This document shows positions 8,311-18,511 of a DNA stretch of 64,000 nt, piece by piece; the stretch's first letter is position 1; each line of letters opens with the position of its first letter. The position numbers and the translations under genes are program-made. The notes under the pieces are model-generated. The model did no database searches. It saw only the letters and a program-made list of their open reading frames with translations, and was not told where the DNA came from. The stretch is from an uncultured Acidobacteriota bacterium (GTDB lineage Bacteria > Acidobacteriota > Terriglobia > UBA7540): positions 1,600,001 to 1,664,000 of the forward strand of contig CAWDSK010000003.1 in assembly GCA_963804995.1 (NCBI GenBank), given 5' to 3'.

Positions 8311-11300
8311 GTGCATCGTTACAATCGAGCTTTAAGCTGGCTGTTCAGAAACCTCACGCGTCTCCTTTCGAGGCGAAGCGGCGCCGCAACTTTGGGTGAC
8401 CGAGCAGCCTACAGCTTTCTCTTCCTGACCCTCTGGCTCGCTTCCCTTCCCGGCCCCGTCCGTGCCCAGACTCCACCGTCACTGTGGGGGCGGCAGGTCA
8501 CGGATCTCGATCTCAAATGCGATGCCCATCTCAAGTTGCAGGATTTCCCCGGTGTAGTCACACAGCAGGTGGGCGAACCTCTCGACCCCCATAAGGTCTC
8601 CGAAAGCCTGAAGCGGTTGTATGCCACGGGACGATTCACGGAACTCCGCGCTGAGGGCAGCCCGGACGCACAAGGCGTGACGCTCACTTTCGTCGGCCGC
8701 GCGCAGTATTTCATTGGAGTCATAACCGCAGAAGGTAGCCCAGGACCGGTCGAGGCAACGGCACTTGTGACAGCCTCACGTCTGCACCTGGGGCAGCCGC
8801 TTTCAGAGGAAGAGCTGGATACCGCACAGAAACACCTGACCGATTTGCTCGTCAGCAACGGCTATTATCAATCCCACATCAGTCACGAAATCGAACCTGA
8901 TCCTGACAGCCAGGAAGCGAACCTGGTTTTCTCCGTGCAAGCCGGCCACCCAGCACGGGTGCAGAGCGTGGAATTCCGTGACCATGCGACCTTCCCCCCG
9001 GGACGCCTGATGAAAGTCTCCGGCTGGCATCCGGGCATACAACTAACGGCACAGCGTGTGGAGCGCGGTCTCTTCCACCTACATCAGTTCTACGTGGCGC
9101 GCGGGCACCTGCAAGTCAACATCAGCATCCAACAACGGGCCTACGATCCCAAGACCAACACGGAGAGCTTGATCGTAAAGGCCGACGGCGGACCGCAGAT
9201 CCGCGTGCGCGTCGAAGGTGCAAAGATTTCCTCCGGCAAGCTTCGAGACCTTCTGCCTGTGTATCGCGACGGGGTTATTGACGACCAAGCCCTGGCCCAC
9301 AGCGAGAAGCTGTTGGAGGATCACTTCCAGCAGCAAGGACATTTCTCCGCCACGGTTAAGGCCAGCCGGATTTCGCGCACGGAGCCCCAACCGCACATCG
9401 AACTTCTCTTCCACGTGAATCCCGGTCCGCGCGGCCAGTTCGCAGGGTACGGCGTGAAAGGAAATGTTGCGATCCCCAGCGCGGAGCTTACGGCAGTCAT
9501 TTCCCCACCCGCCCAAGGACTGCTTCCGCCTGCGCCCACCTTCAGCAATGACCTTGTGGAGCATAAGGACGCCGCCCTCCTGGCCCTTTACCGGTCCAAA
9601 GGGTTCCTCGATGCGCAGGTCACACCGGATATCAACGACCGCTTCGAAAACACCCCCGGTCACCGCTATGTCACCTTCGTAATTCAAGAGGGCGCACGCA
9701 CCAGGGTCCAAAACCTGACGCTCACGGGCATTGACGATTCCACGCAGAAGAAGCTTTGGCCCTCCCTTCTTTGTAAGCCCACCCAGCCCTACGCGCCAGA
9801 GCAGGCTCGCGCGGATCGCGACTTCATTCTGGATTACCTGGCGGACCACGGCTATGCACACGCGACCGCAACCTGGCAGGCCACGCCTCCCAATGCGGAC
9901 CACCAAGTCGACCTGGAGTTCCGCATTGACCCGGGACCACAGGAGCGCATTCAACGCGTCGTAATCCTGGGGAACGAACACACGCGCGAGGGAATCGTGC
10001 AACGCGAGCTGATGTTTCGCGGTGGCGAACCCTTGAGTCAGAGCGCGATGCTGGATACACAGCGACAGCTCTACGAGTTGGGCATCTTTAACCAAGTCCA
10101 GATCACACCCCAGGAAAGCCCGGACTCCGACACGGCGAAGACCCTGCTGGTGGGAGTTGAGGAAGCCCGCCGTTGGACCGTGGGATACGGTGGCGGACTG
10201 GAGGTGCAGCGCCTGGGCAGCAACACGCCCCAAGGTGAAATAAGGGCGAGCCCGCGACTCTCGCTCAACATCACGCGCCTGGACGTGGGCGGCCGCGACC
10301 AAACCTTGAGCCTGGGTGGACGCCTCTCCAACCTTGACACGGGAGGAAACGTGAGCTACCTGATCCCACGCCTCCTGAATCATAAGGACCTCAGCCTGCG
10401 TATCAACGGGTTGGTAGACCGCAGCCGCGACGTGTTGACGTTTACCGCCGACCGTAAAGAAGCCTCAGTGAGCGTTGAGAAGCGCTTCAGCCCCGCTTCT
10501 CTGCTCATCGCGCAGTACAGTTTCCGCCGCGTCGAAGCTCTCGACATTTCCAGCAAAATTTCCGCTCCGGAGATCCCCCTGCTCAGCCAGCCGGCGCGCG
10601 TTGGGATGTTGGGGGGGAGCTACCTCAACGACCATCGCGACGATCCCGTGGACGCGACCCGCGGCTCCTATTCACTCGTGAACGCCGGGGTTTCATGGCG
10701 GAGCTTTGGGTCGCAAGCGAACTTCCTGCGCTTCACAGGTCAGAATTCAACTTACTACTCCTTAGGCTCGCATCTGGTCTTTGCACGTGAGACGCAATTC
10801 GGCATGGTGTCGCCTTACGGAGGCTTGTACAGGATCACGGTCCCCGCCAGCGGCGACCAGCCTGCCCAGACCATATTTACGGATTCGATCCCCCTACCCG
10901 AGCGCTTATTCATGGGCGGAAGTGAGTCACACCGCGGCTTTTCCATCAACCAGGCCGGACCGCGCGATCCTGACACCGGGTACCCCATCGGGGGCAATGC
11001 ACTCTTTCGTAATTCGTTCGAGTTACGCCTGGCGTTTGCGCAACGACGTTTGGGGTTCGCATTCTTCGAAGACTCCGGCAACGTCTATTCCAGCATCCGC
11101 AGGATGCGGCTGTTCAAAGTCACCCAGAGCTCACCTGCGGATTTCGATTTCACTTCCCACGCCGTAGGGACAGGCCTGCGTTACAAGACTCCTGTGGGGC
11201 CTATCCGTTTCGATGTGGGCTACAATCTGAATCCGCCGCGGTACAACGTGATTACCAATCCGGGCCCCGGGCAGAGTGTGGAGGTACAACAATTATCGCA

Positions 11301-11337
11301 CGTCCAGTTTTTCATCAGCATCGGCCAAAGCTTCTGA
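8311..11337 (+). CDS. Omp85 family (BamA/TamA-like) outer-membrane protein with multiple POTRA domains
   Basis: POTRA-like repeats, GGSESHRGF, GTGLRYKTPVGPIRFDVG, C-terminal IGQSF. Start uncertain. Confidence 0.9.
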   Translation: MHRYNRALSWLFRNLTRLLSRRSGAATLGDRAAYSFLFLTLWLASLPGPVRAQTPPSLWGRQVTDLDLKCDAHLKLQDFPGVVTQQVGEPLDPHKVSESLKRLYATGRFTELRAEGSPDAQGVTLTFVGRAQYFIGVITAEGSPGPVEATALVTASRLHLGQPLSEEELDTAQKHLTDLLVSNGYYQSHISHEIEPDPDSQEANLVFSVQAGHPARVQSVEFRDHATFPPGRLMKVSGWHPGIQLTAQRVERGLFHLHQFYVARGHLQVNISIQQRAYDPKTNTESLIVKADGGPQIRVRVEGAKISSGKLRDLLPVYRDGVIDDQALAHSEKLLEDHFQQQGHFSATVKASRISRTEPQPHIELLFHVNPGPRGQFAGYGVKGNVAIPSAELTAVISPPAQGLLPPAPTFSNDLVEHKDAALLALYRSKGFLDAQVTPDINDRFENTPGHRYVTFVIQEGARTRVQNLTLTGIDDSTQKKLWPSLLCKPTQPYAPEQARADRDFILDYLADHGYAHATATWQATPPNADHQVDLEFRIDPGPQERIQRVVILGNEHTREGIVQRELMFRGGEPLSQSAMLDTQRQLYELGIFNQVQITPQESPDSDTAKTLLVGVEEARRWTVGYGGGLEVQRLGSNTPQGEIRASPRLSLNITRLDVGGRDQTLSLGGRLSNLDTGGNVSYLIPRLLNHKDLSLRINGLVDRSRDVLTFTADRKEASVSVEKRFSPASLLIAQYSFRRVEALDISSKISAPEIPLLSQPARVGMLGGSYLNDHRDDPVDATRGSYSLVNAGVSWRSFGSQANFLRFTGQNSTYYSLGSHLVFARETQFGMVSPYGGLYRITVPASGDQPAQTIFTDSIPLPERLFMGGSESHRGFSINQAGPRDPDTGYPIGGNALFRNSFELRLAFAQRRLGFAFFEDSGNVYSSIRRMRLFKVTQSSPADFDFTSHAVGTGLRYKTPVGPIRFDVGYNLNPPRYNVITNPGPGQSVEVQQLSHVQFFISIGQSF

Positions 11338-11342
11338 TCCTA

Positions 11343-11987
11343 GTGGCAGTGGGATGTTACCTTGCGGCCTCGGCAGCGGTCAGCTCCGCCCAGGAGGTCC
11401 TGGACCGCGTCGTGGCGTCCGTGGGTAGCGTGGCCATAACCGCGCGCGAGGTGGAGCATGAATATCGCTTCGAGCGTTTCCTCGACGGCCAGTGGCCGCC
11501 CCCCGCGCCCGACGCCGTTACGCTCAACCATGTCCGCGAGCATCTCACGTATCAGATCCTCTTGAAACGTGAAGAGAATCCTGAAACAGACATTCAGGAA
11601 GAATCAGAGAAGAGTGCCGCCGAACGCCTCGCCCTGCTGCGGAAAGGTTTCACGCACCCCGAGGATTTCCAGGCGGCGCTCCATGATTTGGGCATGACTG
11701 AGCCTGAGGTGGCCCAGCGCATCGCACAGGAAGAGCAGACGTTGCGCCTGATCGATCAACGCCTGCGGCCCGCGGCCTCACCCAGTGACGATGAAGTAGC
11801 AGACTATTACCGCCGGACCTTTGTGCCGGAATTCCAAAAGAAGAACGGTGGGGCCGAGGCTCCTCCTCTCTCCGAAGTCGAAGATCAAATACGGGAAGTG
11901 TTGATTCAGAAACGCATCAACGAATTGCTCGATCAGTGGATCGAGGAGTTGAAACCCACGAGCCGCGTGAGATTTCACTCCTTCTAA
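11343..11987 (+). CDS. SurA N-domain-like periplasmic chaperone
   Basis: VLDRVVASV..AIT..EV; EVADYY; LDQWIEELK; lies between Omp85 and TamB. Confidence 0.65.
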   Translation: MAVGCYLAASAAVSSAQEVLDRVVASVGSVAITAREVEHEYRFERFLDGQWPPPAPDAVTLNHVREHLTYQILLKREENPETDIQEESEKSAAERLALLRKGFTHPEDFQAALHDLGMTEPEVAQRIAQEEQTLRLIDQRLRPAASPSDDEVADYYRRTFVPEFQKKNGGAEAPPLSEVEDQIREVLIQKRINELLDQWIEELKPTSRVRFHSF

Positions 11988-12047
11988 AGAGGCAGGTAGC
12001 ATACGCGCTGGAAAATCCCCAAGACGCTGCGCCTCACAATCTTCCTT

Positions 12048-15000
12048 GTGGAAAGTGTGCTGGCCCTCGCCCTGACCGCCCTCATTATCTTGAGCACCGG
12101 ATGGTTTCAACGATCGCTGGAGCGCCGTGTCATCGCCGCTCTCGAAAGCCTCACGGGCGGGCGCGTGGAAATCGCCGGTTTCCATTTCCGGCCCTGGGTC
12201 TTTCAGGCCACGTTGCAGAATCTGGTGATCCATGGCTCCGAGGCCGCGGGCGAGCCGCCGCTTGTCTCCGCGCGCCAAGTGGTGGCTCACCTGAGCCCCA
12301 GGGCATTTCTGCGCCAGCACCTTCAACTGCGCGGCCTGGATGTCGACCAACTCCAGGTGCATCTTCGCACTGAACCCAACGGGTCTACGAACCTCCCCAG
12401 TCTGAGGCAGCAAACCTCTGCGGAAGAAGGCTTGGAGGATTTGATGGATCTTTCCATCCAACGCCTCACGGTCTCCCATTCTGCCTTCTTCTGGAACAAC
12501 CAGCGGCAGCCCTTCGAAGTGGACGCGCGCCAATTGGCCATTCTTCTCCGCATGACGCGCGGTCGTTACGCCGGCACGGTTTCCTCCTCCGACACCGCCA
12601 TTCGTTCGGCACGGTGGGCCCTGCCACCGGTTACGTTCAACACCCGATTTGAGCTCTCTCGCGATGGCCTGATCGTGCCGTCCTTCACCTGGCAGGCGGT
12701 GGGAACATCCGGCCAAGCCTCGTTGAAGACCACTCCACTGGCTGCCCCTGAAACCACCGTTTCCTTCCAAGGCTCGGCCGACTTTCCTTTGCTGGCCCGG
12801 ATTTTCGAAGTGCCAGAGCTCCGCGGGGGGGGATTGGAAATCGATGGGCAGGCAACTTACCGGCAGGGCCATCTCTCGGCAAAAGGGCACGCGCATGCTC
12901 ACCACGTTCAGGTGGTTTCGAGTTCGCTCACTTCCGGTAGCCTGGAAGCCAGTGCCGATTATGCACTTGCAGACCAGCAGTTCGACCTTACGAACCTGGC
13001 TGTCACCCTTTGGGGTGGAACGGCCAGTGGAACGCTTCATGCGAACCTTGCGCAATCGCCTGCCCTGTTTCAACTCAAAGCACAACTGCATCAACTGCGG
13101 CTGGAAGACGCGTTGCACTCCGCCGCCCTCGCACCTCTCCTTCAGGCTCAAGTGCATCCGGTCGCGACCACCGATGGCACTCTGAATGCCACTTGGTCCG
13201 GGCGGATGGAAGGGTTGAAAACCGCTTTCGACTTCGCATTCCAGGGGCGGGATGACGCGCCGCAAACCCTGCTCCCGTTGAGCGGCTATGCGCGCGGAAC
13301 ACTTGCAATGGAGCGCGGGTTGACTCTTCAACTTGCCGACTCGCACTTCGAAACACCCCATTCCACACTCACCGCGCAGGGGACCCTGGCGGAACTTCCC
13401 TTGCTGTCCGGCACCGCACCGCCCCTTACCTTCACCCTGACTACCACCGACTTCGAAGAGTGGCGCCCCCTCTTCCAGTCGTTGATTGCCGCCCCGGAGG
13501 CCATTCCGCTGGTGCTCAAGTCACCCGCAGAACTCACGGGGCAGATGAGGGGCTCCAAGGCCCAGCCCTCCCTCCAAGGCCGGCTGAAGATGGGCAAGTT
13601 CCAGTATCACGGCTGGACCTGGGATAGGCTTGAGGCCGCCGTGGCCCTCACTCCCAGCTTTGTCGAAATCTCCTCGGGGCGCGTTGAGCACCAAAAGAGC
13701 TCGCTCGACATCAACGGCTCCGCGCAACTTGATCACTGGCGCATAACGCCCAATTCCTCCCTGCGGTTCTCCGCACAGGCCGAGCGCACGCCCATCGAAA
13801 GCTTGAATGCTGCAATCAACTTGGACTTCCCTGTCCGCGGCTTTGTCACTGGCCGCCTCGAGGTCTCCGGCCTGATGAGCAACCTGGCCGGCTCCGGCAC
13901 TCTGCACGTCGCGGAGGGCGCCATCAACGACGAGCCATTCGATTCCCTCTCCGCCCAATTCCATGTCGCCCAGTCCACGTGGAAGCTGACCGGCGTTCAG
14001 TTGGCGAAGGGGCATGGGCGCTTGAGTGGCGACGTCACTCTGGGACCTGCCCACGGATTCGTCTCTGCTCAATTGCAGGGAACGGATTTTCGCCTGACCG
14101 AAATCAAGCATTTTCCCCCGGCCGCTTCCAACGCGCTCCCTAAAGACGCTCTCGACGGCCGCTTAAGCTTTGAGGGGCGCGGCCAGGGGACCCCGGACTC
14201 CTTCCACCTCCAGGGTAACTTTCACATTAGTAATCTGACCCTGGCAGGCAGCCCCCTCGGAGAAATGAACATTACTGTCAAAGGCGAGGAGCAGCAGTTG
14301 CATATCAACGCTGAACACCAGGGGCCTACTGGAGCCCTGCATGTGCAAGCGAATATCACTGCTGCCGGCGACTGGCCGATGACGGTTGAGGGCCAATACT
14401 CCGACCTGCGTGCCGACCCCTGGATTCGCGCCTTTTTCAGCCATGAGTTTGATGCCGCCGTCACCTTGGGCGGCTCCTTTCAGGCAGCCGGGCCACTGCG
14501 CTTGCCGGGAAAGATAAACCTCCATGCCCAGACGAGTAACCTGGCAGTCAACTTCCCCAGCCTCCAGTGGAAGAACGACCAGCCGATCGAGTTGCGCTAC
14601 TCCGCAGGCACGCTGGCTCTCAGCCGCTTCGTCATGCGCGGCCCGTCCACAGAACTTGAGATCGAAGGTGCCGTGAACTTCGGCGAGCGCATAACGCTGG
14701 CGCTCACCGCCCAAGGCAAAGTTGACGCCACCCTCCTCACCGCCCTCGATCCTAACTTGCAGGCTAATGGCCGATCCTCCCTGCGCCTGCGTTTGACCGG
14801 CACGCCCACCCGGCCGGCACTGAACGGAACCATGGAAATCCAGGATGTAAGCCTGGCCTTCGGCGGCCTGCCTTTCCGTATCAACAATCTACAAGGCACC
14901 GTGGAACTGGAGGGCGAGCGCGCCGTCATTCGCTCCCTGCGCGGGGCGAGCGGAGGTGGAACCATCAGCCTGAGCGGCGCTGTGACCCTCACTGGAACTC

Positions 15001-15977
15001 CCCGCCTCGAACTGCGCGCCGACCTCGATCAGGTTCGAGTCCCTTACCCACCCACCTTCACCTCCGTCCTGGGTGGGAATCTGCGCTTGGCAGGAAACTC
15101 CGAGCGTGGGGATATCCAAGGAGACCTGGTGGTCCGCCAGATGTTCTTGAACGCGAATGCTAATTGGCTGAGCAAAATCATCGAATCCAGCAATCCTTTT
15201 GAAGAGCCGCCTCCCGGTCTCACTTCGCCCCTGGCATCCAAGATTCGCTTGAATATCCGGGTTATCTCCACGCCCCCGGTGCAAATAGAAACACGTGATA
15301 TGCGCGCAGTCGGTGACGTTGATGTCCGAGTGCAAGGCACCCTGGCCGATCCCGTGCAGGTGGGCAGCATCCATCTGCTCAGCGGCGAAGCGGTCTTCAG
15401 GGGCAATCGCTACAAGCTCACCCGGGGCGACATGACCCTGACGAATCCCTTCCGGACCCAAGCCTATCTGGATCTGGAGGCGCAAACCCGCGTGCAGAGC
15501 TATCAGCTCACGCTGGACATCACCGGCCCCTTCGAACGGATGAAGTTCGCCTATCGCTCTGACCCACCCCTGCCGACCTCCGACATTCTTTCGCTGCTGG
15601 CCCTGGGTTACGTGCATCAGGAAGCCGCCTTCGGGGCAACGGGTGGAAACCCCACGGCCAGCGTGGGGGCCAGCGCCATCCTTTCCGAAGCTCTCTCCAG
15701 CCAAGCCACCAGCCGCATCCAGCGCCTGTTCGGTGTCAGCCGCATCAAGATCGATCCCAACGCGGGCATGCCCGGCTATGGCTCCGGTGCGCGCGTCACG
15801 GTTGAGGAGCAGGTCACCCACGATTTCACCATGACCTATGTCACCAACACCGCCAGCTCGCAATACCGGATCATTCAATTCGAATGGGCGATGAGTGATA
15901 ACGTCTCCGTGCTCGGCCTGCGCGACCAGAACGGCATCTTTGGAATCGAATTCCGCTTCCGCCACCGCTTTAAGTAA
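12048..15977 (+). CDS. tamB: TamB/AsmA-like translocation and assembly module protein
   Basis: 1309 aa, N-terminal TM, beta-rich repeats, C-terminal DUF490-like (P.LDLEA, SDPPLPTSDILSLL). Confidence 0.8.
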   Translation: MESVLALALTALIILSTGWFQRSLERRVIAALESLTGGRVEIAGFHFRPWVFQATLQNLVIHGSEAAGEPPLVSARQVVAHLSPRAFLRQHLQLRGLDVDQLQVHLRTEPNGSTNLPSLRQQTSAEEGLEDLMDLSIQRLTVSHSAFFWNNQRQPFEVDARQLAILLRMTRGRYAGTVSSSDTAIRSARWALPPVTFNTRFELSRDGLIVPSFTWQAVGTSGQASLKTTPLAAPETTVSFQGSADFPLLARIFEVPELRGGGLEIDGQATYRQGHLSAKGHAHAHHVQVVSSSLTSGSLEASADYALADQQFDLTNLAVTLWGGTASGTLHANLAQSPALFQLKAQLHQLRLEDALHSAALAPLLQAQVHPVATTDGTLNATWSGRMEGLKTAFDFAFQGRDDAPQTLLPLSGYARGTLAMERGLTLQLADSHFETPHSTLTAQGTLAELPLLSGTAPPLTFTLTTTDFEEWRPLFQSLIAAPEAIPLVLKSPAELTGQMRGSKAQPSLQGRLKMGKFQYHGWTWDRLEAAVALTPSFVEISSGRVEHQKSSLDINGSAQLDHWRITPNSSLRFSAQAERTPIESLNAAINLDFPVRGFVTGRLEVSGLMSNLAGSGTLHVAEGAINDEPFDSLSAQFHVAQSTWKLTGVQLAKGHGRLSGDVTLGPAHGFVSAQLQGTDFRLTEIKHFPPAASNALPKDALDGRLSFEGRGQGTPDSFHLQGNFHISNLTLAGSPLGEMNITVKGEEQQLHINAEHQGPTGALHVQANITAAGDWPMTVEGQYSDLRADPWIRAFFSHEFDAAVTLGGSFQAAGPLRLPGKINLHAQTSNLAVNFPSLQWKNDQPIELRYSAGTLALSRFVMRGPSTELEIEGAVNFGERITLALTAQGKVDATLLTALDPNLQANGRSSLRLRLTGTPTRPALNGTMEIQDVSLAFGGLPFRINNLQGTVELEGERAVIRSLRGASGGGTISLSGAVTLTGTPRLELRADLDQVRVPYPPTFTSVLGGNLRLAGNSERGDIQGDLVVRQMFLNANANWLSKIIESSNPFEEPPPGLTSPLASKIRLNIRVISTPPVQIETRDMRAVGDVDVRVQGTLADPVQVGSIHLLSGEAVFRGNRYKLTRGDMTLTNPFRTQAYLDLEAQTRVQSYQLTLDITGPFERMKFAYRSDPPLPTSDILSLLALGYVHQEAAFGATGGNPTASVGASAILSEALSSQATSRIQRLFGVSRIKIDPNAGMPGYGSGARVTVEEQVTHDFTMTYVTNTASSQYRIIQFEWAMSDNVSVLGLRDQNGIFGIEFRFRHRFK

Positions 15978-16166
15978 ACAGACAACCGTGAGCAGCCTTT
16001 GAGCATTGTTCGCACCATCTGACTCGTTGCGCATCACTTCGGTATCACGCATCACTTCGCTATCTAGGCGCGTCCTGCTCTCAATGCTATACTGGTCAGG
16101 TTGCCGCGAAGCTGGGAAGTAATCCGAGGCGTGCTGCCTGTGCACGCGCTTGCGGCGTGAACCCCC

Positions 16167-16256
16167 GGAGAGGTGTCCGAGTGGTTGAAGGAGCACGCTT
16201 GGAAAGCGTGTGGCCGAGCAATCGGCCCGTGGGTTCGAATCCCACCCTCTCCGCCA
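16167..16256 (+). tRNA. tRNA-Ser(GGA)
   Basis: ggagagg/ctctcc acceptor stem, cacgc-ttGGAaa-gcgtg anticodon arm, long variable arm, ggttcgaatcc T arm, encoded CCA. Confidence 0.97.
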
Positions 16257-16502
16257 TCCTATCTTTAAGAGTTTCAATTAGTTAGGAACACTCTCTTTTT
16301 CGTGTACCTGTAGTGTCCCCTTTGTTTCGGGAAAGTAGTCGCCGGAGGCACCGAACGCTAAGAACCGTACTGGCAATTGCAATGAGAAGAGTTTAAGGGT
16401 ATGGTGTCTGGTGCCCGTAAGGCCGAAACGGAATTCCTGGTTTTGCAACCTTCAAAACAGACCTGTATCCATTACTGCTGCGACAAAAGAAAGGGGGGGA
16501 CC

Positions 16503-17969
16503 ATGCCATTGGAAATCAAGAAAGGGTCAGAATTACAAGAGAGGTACGTCATCTCGGACCTCCTTGGCTCTGGTGGTTTTGGTATCGTTTGGCGAGCGAC
16601 GGACAAGCAGGCAGGGCGAGATGTTGCCCTCAAAAGGATGCTTAAGATCGGCGGAGATGAATTAACAAGGATACTCCAGGAAGCAACCAATGCTTCAAAA
16701 TTGAAAGGACCAAATGTTGTTGAGGTCTTTGAAACGTTCGTTTTGGATGGTGAGGGATTTCTCGTAATGGAGTACGTTGACGGTCCTAGCCTCCATCAAA
16801 TCCTCACGGAGCACGTTAAGGGCCGCACTTGGCTGGATACAGACGATGCCTTGGACTACTTCAGACAGATGCTACAAGGTCTTCTTCTTGCCCATTCTAG
16901 TGGAATCTTCCACAGAGACATAAAGCCCTCGAACATACTTGTCTCTAGATTAGGAGTTGTCAAACTCGTGGACTTCGGACTGGCGCGGCCAATGTTCAAC
17001 ACTCCTCGCGAATACGAGGATCGCGTGCTCGGATTTGCGGGAACAGGGACGCCTACATTCATGTCGCCGGAACAAGCGCGAGGAGAAAAACTAGATCACC
17101 AGACCGATATCTTCTCAGCCGGCATAGTTGGATACATAATGCTCACCGGGCGCCATCCATTCAACCATCCCTCTGCGGTAGCGAATGTCATAGATTTAAT
17201 TAAGGAACAGAGTTTCAACTGCGAAGATATCTTGCCAGGCACAATCAAAGGTGTACCTGACGGACTGTGCCGAGTGCTAGGGAGAATGCTCCGTAAAGAC
17301 AGGACTACGAGGTGTCAGTCCTTGTTGGAACCGCTGGGTGAGTTGACCAAAGAGCTTGCACAGTCTTGCCCCCGATGTGGTTCGGCCAACGCGATGTCGA
17401 ACAGCTTCTGCGGCCAATGTGGGAACGAACTGAGGCCCCCCACGCCTCCTTTAATTCCGACTCCCGTCAGCCCGAAGGGACCGCCCTCCACCCAAAGCGC
17501 TGCCGAACTTACCGACGAGGGGTTTGCTCTGACCCAAGCGGACAATTGGGCCGAAGCAATTCTTAAGTACGAGCAGGCAATCAAAGTTGATGCAGGGTAT
17601 GGGAGGGTATACTCCAACCTAGGTTTCGCATACAATCGACTGGGGGATTACGCAAAAGCAATTGACGAGCTTACACAAGGTATTGCCCGAACTGAGGACG
17701 CTGTTCTGCTTCATCGCATGTATGATACTCGCGGGTTTTCCAAATCGAATTTAAAGGACTACGAGGGAGCCCTTCAGGATTTCAACGAGGCGCTAGCGCT
17801 CAACCCGAATAACCCACGAGTTCATTACCATATTGCTGAGTCATATGCGCTAATGGGATCCCTCGACAAGGCATATGAAGCAGTCCTCCGGGCGCTCCAG
17901 ATGGATCCCGGGTACCCTCGTGCTGTTCGCCTTCGACAGCGATTAGAGGCCCTTCGCAAGCCATTCTGA
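16503..17969 (+). CDS. Hanks-type Ser/Thr kinase with Zn-ribbon and TPR repeats
   Basis: GSGGFG, VALK, HRDIKPSN, DFG, SPE; CPRC..CGQC; Pro-rich linker; TPR-like helices; no TM segment. Confidence 0.9.
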   Translation: MPLEIKKGSELQERYVISDLLGSGGFGIVWRATDKQAGRDVALKRMLKIGGDELTRILQEATNASKLKGPNVVEVFETFVLDGEGFLVMEYVDGPSLHQILTEHVKGRTWLDTDDALDYFRQMLQGLLLAHSSGIFHRDIKPSNILVSRLGVVKLVDFGLARPMFNTPREYEDRVLGFAGTGTPTFMSPEQARGEKLDHQTDIFSAGIVGYIMLTGRHPFNHPSAVANVIDLIKEQSFNCEDILPGTIKGVPDGLCRVLGRMLRKDRTTRCQSLLEPLGELTKELAQSCPRCGSANAMSNSFCGQCGNELRPPTPPLIPTPVSPKGPPSTQSAAELTDEGFALTQADNWAEAILKYEQAIKVDAGYGRVYSNLGFAYNRLGDYAKAIDELTQGIARTEDAVLLHRMYDTRGFSKSNLKDYEGALQDFNEALALNPNNPRVHYHIAESYALMGSLDKAYEAVLRALQMDPGYPRAVRLRQRLEALRKPF

Positions 17970-18051
17970 CACACGCGGCGGCATGATGGTGCGATCTGGC
18001 CAGATTGACCGGCGCCTCCAGCAATTGCGTCTGAATCGACGTGTCAAGTTG

Positions 18052-18400
18052 TCAGGTTACGCGGGGTTTTCCCATCAATCCTGTCGGTTTCATCAACTCA
18101 CACTCCCGCTCCCATGTGCGTCTAACGTCGGCCTCTAACTGCTCCTGGCGGGCGCGCACCCACGGCGAATAATGCTTCTCAGTCACCTTGATACTCCTGT
18201 GACCGAGTGCCATTTGGACCCGCTCCATGGGCACCCCCGCCTTGAGTAGATCGACCGCGAAGGTGTCGCGGAAGCGGTGGGCGTGTCCATCAGGAATCCC
18301 TGCTTCCTTGAACACACCCTTAAGCGCCCGTTGCCAATCTCCGGTCGCGCTCCCAAGCTTTGATTCGCCGCCCCAGAAGCAAGCGTAGCCCGGACCTGTC
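18052..18400 (-). pseudogene. Tyrosine recombinase (phage integrase) C-terminal remnant
   Basis: FWGGESK..ATGDWQRAL..GHAHRFRDTFAV..LGHRSIKVTEKHY (HxxR, H and Y catalytic residues); 5' part absent, left boundary approximate. Confidence 0.85.
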
Positions 18401-18511
18401 GTTTAGGTCCGCGGCTTCTTGTAAACAAGTGGGACTGTCCCACTTGTTGCTCTCCGAGAGCCTCCGCGACCCTTGTCCCACCAACTTCCCCATCCTTTGC
18501 CCTCTGATTTT

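Noticed and set aside
14889..16277. 462-aa minus-strand ORF, and similar long antisense ORFs at 9079, 11778 and 58679
   Set aside because: Antisense to tamB/tRNA, Omp85 or the transposase; typical high-GC shadow ORFs.
16257..18500. Intact prophage or ICE at tRNA-Ser
   Set aside because: Only an integrase fragment; no att duplication, structural or conjugation genes.
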